Source: Bacteroidota bacterium (GTDB taxonomy: Bacteria > Bacteroidota > Bacteroidia > NS11-12g > UBA955). Taken from it: a DNA stretch of 64,000 bases. The position numbers were made by a program, and so were the translations under genes. Shown here in pieces: positions 27,385-37,663 of this stretch. The DNA lies in assembly GCA_030832905.1 (NCBI GenBank), contig JAURIG010000001.1:10397-74396 (forward strand). Reading direction: 5' to 3'. The stretch's first letter is position 1, and each line of letters begins with the position of its first letter. The notes under the pieces are model-generated. The model did no database searches, had not been told where the DNA came from, and worked only from the letters and a program-made list of their open reading frames with translations.

Positions 27385-28250
27385 GATTCTTGTATTTGAA
27401 ACCACTGAATTGTGTGGTCATCGCTGCACGAAATAAAATTGTTTTTTTCAAACCACAAAATTTTATTCACTGAATTCTGATGGGCTTTTTGTTTATCGTA
27501 ATTTACCACTTTAAGCAATTTGAGTGGACTAGGCTGCCATAATCGAATACTCTTATCCATACTGGCGCTGGCCAATAATTGAGCGTCTTCAGAAAAAGCA
27601 ATATCATGAATAGTGGCATTATGGGCTTGGACCTTTTCAATCATTCCCTCATGATTGAAACGCATGAGTTGCCCTGATTTACCTGCCACAAAAGCCGCTT
27701 GATGCAGTGGATCATAAGCCATGGTAAACAAGGTTGTGTCAATTATTGACAAGGTGCCAATTGGATTTAAATACTCATCAAATTGATAAACAAGCCCTTT
27801 GCTTCCACAGAAATGTATTTGATCTTGATGCAGCATTATTTTACGCAAAGGTTTATCTGAAACGACAATGGTTTTAATCGGTTCTAATGCTGAATTGAAA
27901 ACTGTGCAAGTGCCATTGCCTTGAACAATGAGCAATTGATCCTTGAAGGCTAAAATATCAAAGATGGGGGAAGCGACCATTTGAATACATTTGACAAGTG
28001 CACCATCATACACATATAACTGCCCTTTACTGCAACCGGCTAATAAATATTGATTAAACTTAGCCAATGCATATACAGCTGAACTGCATTGAGCCAACCT
28101 GACAACTTCATTGGACCTTCCCTCCCATTCAAGTAGTTGTCCGTCAGCGCCAGCACTGTAAAATCCGAAAGGCTTACCTGATAAACACAGCGTATAAACT
28201 GCTTGTGTATGTGCTATAAACTCGCGTATTTTTACAACATTAATTGGCAT
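27381..28250 (-). CDS. WD40-repeat (beta-propeller) protein
   Basis: Repeated WD-like blades, for example SASMDKSIRLWQ and SCSDDHTIQWFQ, in a 289-aa protein. Confidence 0.75.
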   Translation of the reverse strand: MPINVVKIREFIAHTQAVYTLCLSGKPFGFYSAGADGQLLEWEGRSNEVVRLAQCSSAVYALAKFNQYLLAGCSKGQLYVYDGALVKCIQMVASPIFDILAFKDQLLIVQGNGTCTVFNSALEPIKTIVVSDKPLRKIMLHQDQIHFCGSKGLVYQFDEYLNPIGTLSIIDTTLFTMAYDPLHQAAFVAGKSGQLMRFNHEGMIEKVQAHNATIHDIAFSEDAQLLASASMDKSIRLWQPSPLKLLKVVNYDKQKAHQNSVNKILWFEKNNFISCSDDHTIQWFQIQES

Positions 28251-28851
28251 GCCACTTAGACTTGAAAAACAAATTGATGCTACAAAGAAACTAGCGGTTT
28301 GGGAAATCTCCGAACCTTTAAGTTTTTTTTTAGAAAAAATTTCAATTCATCCCGATCAAACACTGCTCGAAGAACAACAATTATGCAAGGCTTGCACGCG
28401 CTTTTTAATCAATCATTTGTTGAACAAAAAGATTGATAATTTGCTCGCATACTCTTCCAAAGGGCAGCCCCTATTAGATCAAATTCAAAGCAAGATCTCA
28501 ATTAGTCATTCTAAAAACTGGGTAAGCGTCTACATTGATACCAATCCAGAAGCCAGCAATATTGGCATTGATATAGAATTTCCAAGACCTAATATTCTAA
28601 AATTGGCCAGCAAATTCATAAGCCCAAGTGATATTGACCCAGAAGGTAAACCAGAAATGGCTTTGTTGGTGTGGTCTGCAAAAGAAGTGTTATATAAAAT
28701 TTATGCCGAGAAGGCCCTTGACTTTAAGACCCATTTGAGCGTTCAAAATCTACCTCAATTACAGGGCACAATTCAGACTGAAACCACTCAAAAAACAATC
28801 TTTCTTGAGCACCTTTATATAGACAACAAACTTTTGGTTTGGAGCCTTTAA
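28249..28851 (+). CDS. 4'-phosphopantetheinyl transferase superfamily protein
   Basis: Motifs GIDIEF and WSAKEVLYK (the PPTase W/FxxKE-x-x-K motif). Confidence 0.75.
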   Translation: MPLRLEKQIDATKKLAVWEISEPLSFFLEKISIHPDQTLLEEQQLCKACTRFLINHLLNKKIDNLLAYSSKGQPLLDQIQSKISISHSKNWVSVYIDTNPEASNIGIDIEFPRPNILKLASKFISPSDIDPEGKPEMALLVWSAKEVLYKIYAEKALDFKTHLSVQNLPQLQGTIQTETTQKTIFLEHLYIDNKLLVWSL

Positions 28852-29613
28852 TTAAAAGCCTTTAGCTATATTGATAAAGTCTCTTGAAGACAAGGCTGCA
28901 CCGCCTATTAAACCACCATCAATATCTGACATTGAAAACAGCGCTTGTGCGTTATCAGGTTTTACACTTCCTCCGTATAAAATAGCAACAGCGTCTGCTA
29001 TACTTTGGTTAAATAAAGTCGCTATGGTTTTGCGAATGTGAATATGCATTTCATTGGCTTGTTCAGCACTTGCCGTAACACCAGTGCCAATAGCCCAAAC
29101 TGGTTCGTATGCCACTATGCATGAAGACATCTCTTCTGCCGACAATACTTTTAAGGCCGCTAATTGTTCACTAACAACGTCAAAATGCTTATTGGCTTCT
29201 CTTTCACTAAGGGTTTCACCTATACAATACACAGGAATGATTTGGTGCTTGAAAGCAGCGGTCAATTTAGCCGCGCAAGAGGCATTGGTTTCATTGTAAT
29301 ACTGGCGTCTTTCACTGTGACCAACCAAAGTGTATTGAACGCCAATAGACTTCAACATGGCCGCTGAAATTTCGCCAGTGTAGGCCCCTTGTTCATGCTC
29401 ATTAATGTTTTGAGCACCAACACCAATAGCAGAGCCTTCCATTTGCTTTACCAATGATTGTAAATGTATGAATGGCGGAAATATTAGCAATTTAGCCCCG
29501 TTAGTTAATTCTGATTCAGACATGGTGCGAATTTCTTGCGCCAATCCTTGACCTTCTAGAAAGGTTTTGTGCATTTTCCAATTGCCAGCTGCAATCTGTT
29601 GTCTTTTACTCAT
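28852..29613 (-). CDS. tpiA: Triosephosphate isomerase
   Basis: AGNWKMH, VGHSERR, AYEPVWAIGTG and GGSV are canonical TIM motifs. Confidence 0.95.
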   Translation of the reverse strand: MSKRQQIAAGNWKMHKTFLEGQGLAQEIRTMSESELTNGAKLLIFPPFIHLQSLVKQMEGSAIGVGAQNINEHEQGAYTGEISAAMLKSIGVQYTLVGHSERRQYYNETNASCAAKLTAAFKHQIIPVYCIGETLSEREANKHFDVVSEQLAALKVLSAEEMSSCIVAYEPVWAIGTGVTASAEQANEMHIHIRKTIATLFNQSIADAVAILYGGSVKPDNAQALFSMSDIDGGLIGGAALSSRDFINIAKGF

Positions 29614-30782
29614 GATTCCCAGTTTCTATGTGTTTTGTCTTGATTAAAAATATAATTTAAAATTTGATTGTCTGCTGCGCTTAAGTTTAAGTGCCTGCGC
29701 TGCATAACTAAATCTGCCGTTTGACAAGCCTTTTCGAGTGAATAGGTTTCAAACCCCTGAGATCCACCCCAACTAAAGGATGGCACAAATTGTCTTGGGA
29801 AACCACTGCCAAAAATATTAGCAGAAACCCCAACTACAGTGCCTGTATTAAACATGGTATTGATACCACATTTGCTATGATCGCCCATAATTAAACCACA
29901 AAATTGCAGGCCAGTTTTTTCAAATCTTTGGCTAGCATAATTCCATAGTTTAACCATTTCATAATTATTTTTAAGATTACTGTTATTGCTATCTGCGCCT
30001 ATATTACACCATTCACCAATAACTGAATTTCCCAAAAAGCCGTCATGGCCTTTATTGGAATAGGCAAACATGACTGAATTACTCACCTCGCCCCCCACTT
30101 TACAATGCGGACCAATGGTGGTGCCTGTATAAATTTTAGCCCCCATTTTAACAGTGGCGTGTTCGCACAAAGCAAAAGGCCCTCTGATCAAGGCACCTTC
30201 CATAATTTCTGCATCCTTGCCAATGTATATGCATCCCTCTTTAGCATTCAATACAGCTGCCTCCACTTGAGCGCCTTCTTCAATAAAAATAGGGTGTTGA
30301 CCTAATATGGTATTGCTTCTTGAAATTTCAGCAGACGTTCTATTGGCCGTTAACAAATTGAAATCGGCCTCAATTGCGCTGTGATTAATAGAAAAAATAT
30401 CGTGCACTCTATTGATGATTTGATAATCAGCCTCAAAAGCAACGGCTTCCATTTTTTCTTTTGCTGATGCCGATGTTGATCGATATGCCAAAGTAATGCC
30501 ATTGGCCTCCAACGACTGATTAAGCTGCAAAGCCTTTATGGCTGAAATTAATGTTGGATTCGGCAATAATCTACCGTTAATGCACAAGTTATCTGGGCCA
30601 GTTATTAATGGGTATTTTTCTGAAAGGTAGTCAGCAGTGAAATATGAAAAAGACTGTTGCATGTGCCTTTCCCATTTCTCGGCAATGGTTAAAATACCAC
30701 ATCTTATGTGAGCCGCAGGCCTTGTATATGTTAATGGCAACAAGGCTTGCGTATGAACATCATCAAATAAAATACAATTCAT
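29610..30782 (-). CDS. GlmU-family putative sugar nucleotidyltransferase/acetyltransferase with a left-handed beta-helix
   Basis: 390-aa protein with hexapeptide-repeat stretches in the C-terminal half. The N-terminus resembles the alternative bacterial GlmU-like family found in Bacteroidetes. It has a 4-nt overlap with tpiA. Confidence 0.65.
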   Translation of the reverse strand: MNCILFDDVHTQALLPLTYTRPAAHIRCGILTIAEKWERHMQQSFSYFTADYLSEKYPLITGPDNLCINGRLLPNPTLISAIKALQLNQSLEANGITLAYRSTSASAKEKMEAVAFEADYQIINRVHDIFSINHSAIEADFNLLTANRTSAEISRSNTILGQHPIFIEEGAQVEAAVLNAKEGCIYIGKDAEIMEGALIRGPFALCEHATVKMGAKIYTGTTIGPHCKVGGEVSNSVMFAYSNKGHDGFLGNSVIGEWCNIGADSNNSNLKNNYEMVKLWNYASQRFEKTGLQFCGLIMGDHSKCGINTMFNTGTVVGVSANIFGSGFPRQFVPSFSWGGSQGFETYSLEKACQTADLVMQRRHLNLSAADNQILNYIFNQDKTHRNWES

Positions 30783-30811
30783 TTTAAATCAAATTAAGTT
30801 AAAAAGTCACA

Positions 30812-30840
30812 TATAAAAAAAAAGTCCCGATTGGGACTTT
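30812..30840 (-). terminator. Rho-independent terminator after rpmE
   Basis: Stem GTCCC / GGGAC, extended by A/T pairs (AAAGTCCC GATT GGGACTTT, 30821-30840), followed on the minus strand by a run of 9 T. Confidence 0.7.
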
Positions 30841-30861
30841 AAATGTATTTGATGAAAACAA

Positions 30862-31110
30862 TTACTTCTTAGTATAACGTTGACGGAATTTGTCAATTCT
30901 ACCAGCAGTATCCACCAAGGTTTGTTTACCTGTGAAGAACGGATGGCTCTTGTCAGAAATCTCCAATTTGTAGATTGGGTATTCTTTTCCGTCTGTCCAA
31001 GTAGCTGTTTCTTTAGTTTCTACACAGCTGCGAGTTAAAAATGAGTAATCGCTACTTAAGTCTTTGAAAATGACAAAACGGTAAGAAGATGGATGTATAT
31101 CAGCTTTCAT
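30862..31110 (-). CDS. rpmE: 50S ribosomal protein L31, type B
   Basis: [10 protein letters not shown]...HPFFTGKQ... lacks the CxxC zinc motif, which fits type B. Confidence 0.9.
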   Translation of the reverse strand: MKADIHPSSYRFVIFKDLSSDYSFLTRSCVETKETATWTDGKEYPIYKLEISDKSHPFFTGKQTLVDTAGRIDKFRQRYTKK

Positions 31111-31130
31111 GATTTTTCTTTTTGGGAGTG

Positions 31131-31161
31131 CAAATTTAGTATTTCAAACTTCAAAAAACAA
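31131..31161 (-). promoter_or_regulatory. Bacteroidetes-type promoter (-33 TTG / -7 TAAATTTG) for rpmE
   Basis: The minus strand reads TTG-N20-TAAATTTG. The -7 box lies 21 nt upstream of the ATG and matches the TTG/TAnnTTTG consensus described for Bacteroidetes sigma-A promoters. Confidence 0.45.
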
Positions 31162-31382
31162 GCACTTGCGCAATTAACTTTTAGAATTATTGATTGAAAT
31201 TGCAAAAATAAACAGTTATTAAATTGATTATCAAATAATTAAAAAATATTCCCACATTTATTTAAACAAAATACTTTTAAGTTTGATTAACCAGCTTTTT
31301 ACCCTAGAATTTGTTCATAAGTCCCTTGAGGTTGTAAATAACCACAAGCTAAATGGCCTTAATTTCGCTTTCTATTGAAATT

Positions 31383-33266
31383 ATGGCAGATCAAAATGTG
31401 AATTACTCAGAAGACAGTATAAGATCTCTCGATTGGAAAGAGCATATTCGGATGCGCCCAGGGATGTACATTGGCAAGCTGGGCGATGGCTCATCAGCAG
31501 ACGATGGCATTTATGTGTTGGTGAAAGAAATCCTCGACAACAGCATTGACGAGCACATGATGGGTCATGGTAAAAAAATAGAAATCAGCATCAGTGATAA
31601 CAAAGTTGAAATAAGAGATTATGGCCGCGGTATTCCATTGGGAAAAGTGATTGATTGTGTGAGCAAAATCAACACTGGTGGCAAATACGACTCTGGAGCT
31701 TTTCAAAAATCAGTGGGTTTGAATGGAGTGGGTACCAAAGCAGTGAACGCCCTTTCCTCCTACTTTTGTGTCCAATCCTTTAGAGATGGAAAAACCAAAA
31801 AAGCGGAGTTCGCTAAAGGTGAGCTACAGAAGGATTTTAAAGAAGAAAAGACCGATGGAAGAGATGGTACGCTCATCATTTTCGAACCAGATAATAGCAT
31901 TTTCAAGAATTATAGATTCATTCCTGAGTTCCTTGAAGAGCAAATGTGGAACTATGCCTTTTTGAATTCTGGTCTTACCCTTCAATTCAACGGCAGAAAC
32001 TTCTTGTCTAAAAATGGCCTGAAAGATTTGTTAGAACGCAAAGTGGATACTGAAACAATTTTGTATCCGATTATGCACTTTAAAGAAAGTGATTTTGAGG
32101 TGGCCATCACCCATGGCACCCAATACGGTGAAGAATACTATTCTTTTGTGAACGGACAATACACCACACAAGGTGGAACGCACTTATCTGCACTTAAAGA
32201 AGCAGTGGTTAAGACCATCAGAGAGTTTTACAAAAAAGATTTTGATGCTTCTGACGTCAGGACTTCGATATCGGCAGCCATTGCAGTAAGGGTCCAAGAG
32301 CCGGTGTTTGAGTCTCAAACCAAAACCAAATTAGGCAGTACTGAAATGGCCCCAGGAGGCCAAGGAATGCGCTCTTTTGTGAGTGAAAACCTAATGAAAT
32401 TGATGGATAACTTTCTGCACAAAAACCCTCAAACTGCAGAAGCCCTATTAAAAAAAATCCTTCAAAACGAAAGAGAAAGAAAAGACATGGCAGGCGTTAG
32501 GAAACTTGCTCAGCAAAGGGCCAAGAAAGCCAACCTGCACAATAAAAAATTACGCGATTGTCGTTTGCATTTAACCGACAACAAAGACGAAAAATTTGAC
32601 ACCACCATCTTCATTACCGAGGGAGATAGTGCGAGTGGAAGTATCACCAAAAGTAGAAATGTAGAACATCAGGCCGTATTTAGCTTAAGAGGTAAACCTT
32701 TGAACTGCTATGGATTAAAAAAGAAGGTGGTGTATGAAAACGAAGAATTCAACCTTCTACAGCATGCTTTAGACATTGAAGAAGGCCTTGACAACCTTCG
32801 TTTCAATAGAATTGTAATCGCAACCGATGCTGACGTTGACGGCATGCACATCCGTATGTTGCTCATGACTTTCTTCTTACAATTTTTTCCAGACTTGGTT
32901 AGAAATGGACATGTATACATTCTTCAAACACCATTGTTTAGGGTAAGAAATAAGAAAGAAACCATTTACTGTTACAACGAAGAGGAAAAACAAAAAGCCA
33001 TCAAGCACTTAGGACACAAACCTGAAATAACACGATTCAAAGGATTGGGAGAAATTTCCCCGAATGAATTTGAGCGCTTTATTGGAGAAGATATGCGCTT
33101 AGAGCCAATCATCTTAACCAAAGAAACCAGTATTGAAAAGCTCTTAAAGTACTACATGGGAAAAAACACCCCAGAACGCCAAGAGTTTATCATTGATAAC
33201 TTATACATTGAAAAGGACATTACCACTGAGGCTGTAGTGGTAGAATTAGAATCAGAAGAAGCATAA
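31383..33266 (+). CDS. parE: DNA topoisomerase IV subunit B
   Basis: GHKL ATPase and Toprim motifs ([50 protein letters not shown]). It is about 627 aa from ATG 31383 and is followed after 3 nt by the A subunit. Confidence 0.85.
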   Translation: MADQNVNYSEDSIRSLDWKEHIRMRPGMYIGKLGDGSSADDGIYVLVKEILDNSIDEHMMGHGKKIEISISDNKVEIRDYGRGIPLGKVIDCVSKINTGGKYDSGAFQKSVGLNGVGTKAVNALSSYFCVQSFRDGKTKKAEFAKGELQKDFKEEKTDGRDGTLIIFEPDNSIFKNYRFIPEFLEEQMWNYAFLNSGLTLQFNGRNFLSKNGLKDLLERKVDTETILYPIMHFKESDFEVAITHGTQYGEEYYSFVNGQYTTQGGTHLSALKEAVVKTIREFYKKDFDASDVRTSISAAIAVRVQEPVFESQTKTKLGSTEMAPGGQGMRSFVSENLMKLMDNFLHKNPQTAEALLKKILQNERERKDMAGVRKLAQQRAKKANLHNKKLRDCRLHLTDNKDEKFDTTIFITEGDSASGSITKSRNVEHQAVFSLRGKPLNCYGLKKKVVYENEEFNLLQHALDIEEGLDNLRFNRIVIATDADVDGMHIRMLLMTFFLQFFPDLVRNGHVYILQTPLFRVRNKKETIYCYNEEEKQKAIKHLGHKPEITRFKGLGEISPNEFERFIGEDMRLEPIILTKETSIEKLLKYYMGKNTPERQEFIIDNLYIEKDITTEAVVVELESEEA

Positions 33267-33269
33267 TTT

Positions 33270-35882
33270 ATGGAGCACAACGAAGAAGAAGAACATATTG
33301 ACGGGATTATTCACCATGGCCATAGAGACGGAGCTGGCGTATTACCAGTGTCTGGACTCTACGAAAACTGGTTTTTAGAATATGCCAGTTATGTCATTTT
33401 GGAACGCGCTGTTCCAAATTTATACGATGGATTAAAACCAGTACAACGACGCATACTCCATGTAATGAAAGAAATGGACGACGGTCGATTCAACAAGGTA
33501 GCCAATATTATTGGTTCAGCGATGCAATACCACCCTCATGGTGACGCTGCGATCGGTGAAGCCATTGTCAATTTGGGTCAAAAAGATTTATTGATTGAAA
33601 CCCAAGGTAACTGGGGCGATGTTAGAACTGGTGACAGTGCTGCTGCATCGAGGTATATTGAAGCCCGTTTATCTAAATTTGCTTTAGAAGTCAGTTTCAA
33701 TGATGAAACAACTGATTGGCAAGTTAGTTATGATGGCAGAAAACGTGAGCCCATTGCCTTGCCGGTTAAATTCCCTTTGATTTTAGCGCAAGGTGTTGAA
33801 GGGATTGCAGTTGGCTTAGCGACTAAAATCATGCCTCACAACTTTATTGAGTTATGTGAAGCCAGTATTGATATTTTAAAAGGCAAAAAGAGCAATATTC
33901 TCCCTGACTTTTTAACGGGTGGTATGGCCGACTTTAGCAATTATAACGAAGGTCGAAGAGGCGGTAAAATCAGATGTAGAGCTAAAATTGAGTCTTCAGA
34001 TGGCAAGAAGGTACTGATCAAAGAAATTCCATTTGGCACTACTACAGAAAGCATTATTGAGAGCATTCTTAAAGCCAATGACAACGGCAAAATCAAAATC
34101 AAAAAGGTAATTGACAATACCGCTAAAGACGTGGAAATTGAAGTGCAATTAGCCCCAGGCGTGAGCACAGATATGACCATTGATGCTTTGTATGCCTTTA
34201 CAGATTGTGAGGTAAGCATCTCTCCTAACGCTTGCGTAATTGTTGATGATAAGCCGCTGTTTTTGGGTGTCAATGACATTCTTAAAACCTCTACAGACCA
34301 TACCCTCAACTTACTCAAAATTGAACTAGAGAATGAAATGAACCATTTAGAAAACAAATGGCATTTTAGTTCTCTGGAGAAAATCTTCATAGAAAATAAG
34401 ATTTACCGTCATATTGAGGAATGTGAAACTTGGGAAGAGATTCTTGAAATGATTGACAAGAAGATCAAACCTTTCAAAAAGTTACTAAGAAGAGCTATTA
34501 CAGTTGAAGATATTGCCAAATTGCCTGAAATAAAAATCAAACGTATTTCTAAATATGATGCTTTTAAGGCTGATGAATACATCAAAGGATTAGAGGATCA
34601 AATCAAACAAGTTCAACACCATTTAGATCACTTAACTGAGTTTGCTATTGATTATTTCAAAAACCTTATTAAAAAATACGGCAAGGGCAAAGAACGTAAA
34701 ACTGAAATTAGATTGTTTGATAAAATCGAAACCAATGTGGTGGCAGTTGCCAATGAAAAACTATATGTAAATTACGTAGAGGGCTTTGTGGGGTATGGGC
34801 TTAAAAAAGATACCTATATCTGCGATTGTTCTGATATTGATGATGTAATTGCTTTCAGAAAAGATGGCAGTTACTTGGTGAGTAAAGTATCTGAAAAACA
34901 GTTCATGGGCAAAGACTTATTGTATGTAGATGTCTACCGTAAAAACGATGAGAGAAAAGTATACAATGTGGCCTACTACGATGGCAAATCAGGCGTAAGT
35001 TATGTTAAGCGATTCAATGTATTAGGGGTTATCAGAGATAAAGTATACACTGTGACCATGGAAACGCCTGGCAGTAAACTATTGTATTTTTCAGCCAACA
35101 ACAACAGTGAAGCTGAAAAAATTGGTATTCATTTAAGCAATATGGCCAGCGCCAAAATCAAGTATTTTGAATACGATTTCAGGCACCTTGAAATCAAAGG
35201 CCGCTCCTCTAAGGGCAATACTTTAACCAAGCATCCTATCAGAAAGATTGAACTTAAAGAAAAAGGTAAATCTACATTTAAAGGCAGAGATATTTGGTAC
35301 GATTCAGATATTGGTAGATTGAATGTAGACAACAGAGGTCAATTATTAGGTAACTTCACTTCTGAAGATAAAATCTTGGTCATCTTTAATGATGGTAGTT
35401 ATGAATTAACAGACAACGAACTAACCAATCGATATGAAAATAATGACATCTATTTGATTCAAAAATTCCATGAAAAGCAACCAATCAATTGCATTCATTA
35501 CGATGTGTCATCTAGAAATTATTATGCAAAACGCTTTTTAATTGAAACCACTACAGTGGGCAAGAAATTTTTGTTCATTAATGAAAGACCAAGCAGCAAA
35601 TTAATCATTGCAAGTACTGATGAAAACCCTGAGGTAGAGATAAAAGTGACCACCGCTAAAGGAGAAAAGAAAACTGAAATCATCAAAATAGCTGACTTTA
35701 TTGAGGTAAAAGGTTGGAAAGCCATAGGCAATAAAATCACTTACGATACTTTCAAATCCGCCAAATTGATCAGTCCTAAAGTGGGCACTTGGAAAGTTGA
35801 AACTGAGCCAATTGTTGAAACATCTAATTCTGAAACTCAAGTAATAGCTGAAGAACTAGACGGTCAAAAAACTTTGTTTTAA
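33270..35882 (+). CDS. parC: DNA topoisomerase IV subunit A
   Basis: RAVPNLYDGLKPVQRRIL, QYHPHGDAAI and AASRYIEARL (containing the active-site Tyr). 870 aa. Confidence 0.85.
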   Translation: MEHNEEEEHIDGIIHHGHRDGAGVLPVSGLYENWFLEYASYVILERAVPNLYDGLKPVQRRILHVMKEMDDGRFNKVANIIGSAMQYHPHGDAAIGEAIVNLGQKDLLIETQGNWGDVRTGDSAAASRYIEARLSKFALEVSFNDETTDWQVSYDGRKREPIALPVKFPLILAQGVEGIAVGLATKIMPHNFIELCEASIDILKGKKSNILPDFLTGGMADFSNYNEGRRGGKIRCRAKIESSDGKKVLIKEIPFGTTTESIIESILKANDNGKIKIKKVIDNTAKDVEIEVQLAPGVSTDMTIDALYAFTDCEVSISPNACVIVDDKPLFLGVNDILKTSTDHTLNLLKIELENEMNHLENKWHFSSLEKIFIENKIYRHIEECETWEEILEMIDKKIKPFKKLLRRAITVEDIAKLPEIKIKRISKYDAFKADEYIKGLEDQIKQVQHHLDHLTEFAIDYFKNLIKKYGKGKERKTEIRLFDKIETNVVAVANEKLYVNYVEGFVGYGLKKDTYICDCSDIDDVIAFRKDGSYLVSKVSEKQFMGKDLLYVDVYRKNDERKVYNVAYYDGKSGVSYVKRFNVLGVIRDKVYTVTMETPGSKLLYFSANNNSEAEKIGIHLSNMASAKIKYFEYDFRHLEIKGRSSKGNTLTKHPIRKIELKEKGKSTFKGRDIWYDSDIGRLNVDNRGQLLGNFTSEDKILVIFNDGSYELTDNELTNRYENNDIYLIQKFHEKQPINCIHYDVSSRNYYAKRFLIETTTVGKKFLFINERPSSKLIIASTDENPEVEIKVTTAKGEKKTEIIKIADFIEVKGWKAIGNKITYDTFKSAKLISPKVGTWKVETEPIVETSNSETQVIAEELDGQKTLF

Positions 35883-35885
35883 AGC

Positions 35886-36983
35886 ATGCAATACAACGGA
35901 ATAGCCCTTTCAGAAAGCTTCAAAAACGGTCGTTTTAGCGGACAACTTCAAATCCAAGATGAGCAACTATTGTTTATTAATGACACTGGTATTTCACATT
36001 CAATGCCCATTCAAGGCATAGACATTCAAATTGGTGGTGCAGCCAATCGCTATTTGTTTTTCAACCACCCAAGTTCAAGCGGCCTTACCCTTTACACTGA
36101 TCAAAAGGCCATTCTTCAAGATCCTGCATTTTCTGCTCATCCTGAACTTAAGCCTATTCTTCAGAACTTAATGCGCAGAAAAACCAGTCTATGGACATCA
36201 GCTGCGGCAATAACAGGCATAGTAATCACCTTAATGATAGGCCTATGGCTAATGAAAGACAAAATGGTTGAAAAAATTGCCAATACCATTCCGCCGAGTC
36301 AAGAACAAAAAATTTCAGAGCAGATGCGCAAGACAGCATTGCTTGACAAACACATTATATCTGACAGCCTTATCAATCTGAAACTTAAACTCATAACGGA
36401 ACCATTGGTAAAAGCCGTCAATGATACTCAATTTAAATTCTCATTTACCATTATTGAAGATAAAAGTTTAAATGCCTTCGCTCTACCAGGTGGGGCAGTT
36501 ATCATTCACAGTGGCTTATTACAAAAAGCGCAATCAGCAGAAGAAGTGGCAGGTGTTTTGGCCCATGAAATTTCGCATGTCACCAAGCGTCATCACTTGA
36601 GAGGCATTATTAGCAATTTTGGCTTGTTCTTTATTTTACGAGGTTTAATAGGTGATATCGCAGGCATCTCGTCAGACATTGCTACTGCAGGCGCAGCACT
36701 TAGCTCTTTAAAATACAGCAGAGACTACGAACGCGAAGCCGATGACAATGGTTTTAAACTATTACAAATAGCTAATATTCCTACTCAAGGCATGATAGAT
36801 TTCTTTTACACCATGAGCAAGGAAGCGCCCGATCTTGGCGATGCTTCCTTTTTAAGTACCCACCCTGCCACCAAAGAACGTATAGACAACCTTAAGGCCT
36901 TGCCGGTAGAAAAAAACGCCAAGCCTTTAGCCATTGATTATAAAGATTTCAAAGCCCAATTAAGAAACGAATTAAACCAATAA
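35886..36983 (+). CDS. M48-family zinc metallopeptidase with an N-terminal about 100-aa domain and one TM segment
   Basis: HEISHVTKRH (HExxH) with a downstream E...D, and a TM segment at LWTSAAAITGIVITLMIGLWL. Confidence 0.8.
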   Translation: MQYNGIALSESFKNGRFSGQLQIQDEQLLFINDTGISHSMPIQGIDIQIGGAANRYLFFNHPSSSGLTLYTDQKAILQDPAFSAHPELKPILQNLMRRKTSLWTSAAAITGIVITLMIGLWLMKDKMVEKIANTIPPSQEQKISEQMRKTALLDKHIISDSLINLKLKLITEPLVKAVNDTQFKFSFTIIEDKSLNAFALPGGAVIIHSGLLQKAQSAEEVAGVLAHEISHVTKRHHLRGIISNFGLFFILRGLIGDIAGISSDIATAGAALSSLKYSRDYEREADDNGFKLLQIANIPTQGMIDFFYTMSKEAPDLGDASFLSTHPATKERIDNLKALPVEKNAKPLAIDYKDFKAQLRNELNQ

Positions 36984-36991
36984 TATAATAT

Positions 36992-37654
36992 ATGAATTAC
37001 ACCATTCAAGGCGCACCAGCCTTCGGATTTGTTCACATTGACCTTGCCCCAGGCGAGAGCATTATTACAGAATCTGATGCTATGACCAGCATGCATGCTG
37101 AATTAGACATGCAACCCAAATTAAATGGCGGATTGTTAAAAGGCCTTATCCGTAAATTTTTAGGCGGTGAATCCCTATTTATTAATACCTACACCAATAA
37201 CACTCAAGGCACATTGAGATTAACGCTCACTCAAACATTTCCAGGTGATGTCAAATTGCTTGAAATCAAAGCTGGTGAAAAAATGTATCTTCAATCTGGT
37301 GCTTTTATTTGTTCTGAACCGGGCGTTAAAATGGGCCTAGAATGGGCCGGTTTTAATTCATGGATTGGTGGCGAAGGCTTGTTCAGATTATCAATGAGTG
37401 GTGAAGGCAAATTTATGATTGGCGCTTATGGTGGTCTGGTTGAAAAAGAAATCAATGGTGAGTTAATCGTAGACACAGACCATTTAGTGGCTTATCCTAA
37501 AGGGTTTAAAATCAAAACACAATTGAGTGGCAATATCATCAGTAGTATTACCAGCGGTGAAGGCTTTGTGATGCGCATCACTGGGCAAGGAAAAGTAATA
37601 TTGCAAACCAGAAGTTTTTCAGGTTTAGCTAAATGGATCAACAGAAATTTATAA
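36992..37654 (+). CDS. AIM24/TIGR00266-family protein, paralog 1
   Basis: Shares GGESLFIN, GGEGLF, VDTDHLVAY and GEGFVMRITGQGKVILQT with the next two ORFs. Confidence 0.75.
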   Translation: MNYTIQGAPAFGFVHIDLAPGESIITESDAMTSMHAELDMQPKLNGGLLKGLIRKFLGGESLFINTYTNNTQGTLRLTLTQTFPGDVKLLEIKAGEKMYLQSGAFICSEPGVKMGLEWAGFNSWIGGEGLFRLSMSGEGKFMIGAYGGLVEKEINGELIVDTDHLVAYPKGFKIKTQLSGNIISSITSGEGFVMRITGQGKVILQTRSFSGLAKWINRNL

Positions 37655-37663
37655 AATAACATC

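Noticed and set aside
31111-31382. 272-nt divergent intergenic region between rpmE and parE, examined for a riboswitch or ribosomal-protein leader
   Set aside because: It is AT-rich with no convincing stable structure or known riboswitch core. It contains promoter-like TAnnTTTG motifs (31131-31138 on the minus strand, TAAGTTTG at 31278-31285 on the plus strand) that sufficiently explain it.
33941-34390. 149-aa ORF antisense to parC, unusually long for an AT-rich genome
   Set aside because: It lies entirely inside a well-supported essential gene. Its Ser/Leu-rich composition is typical of an antisense frame, and it has no start context or recognisable motif.
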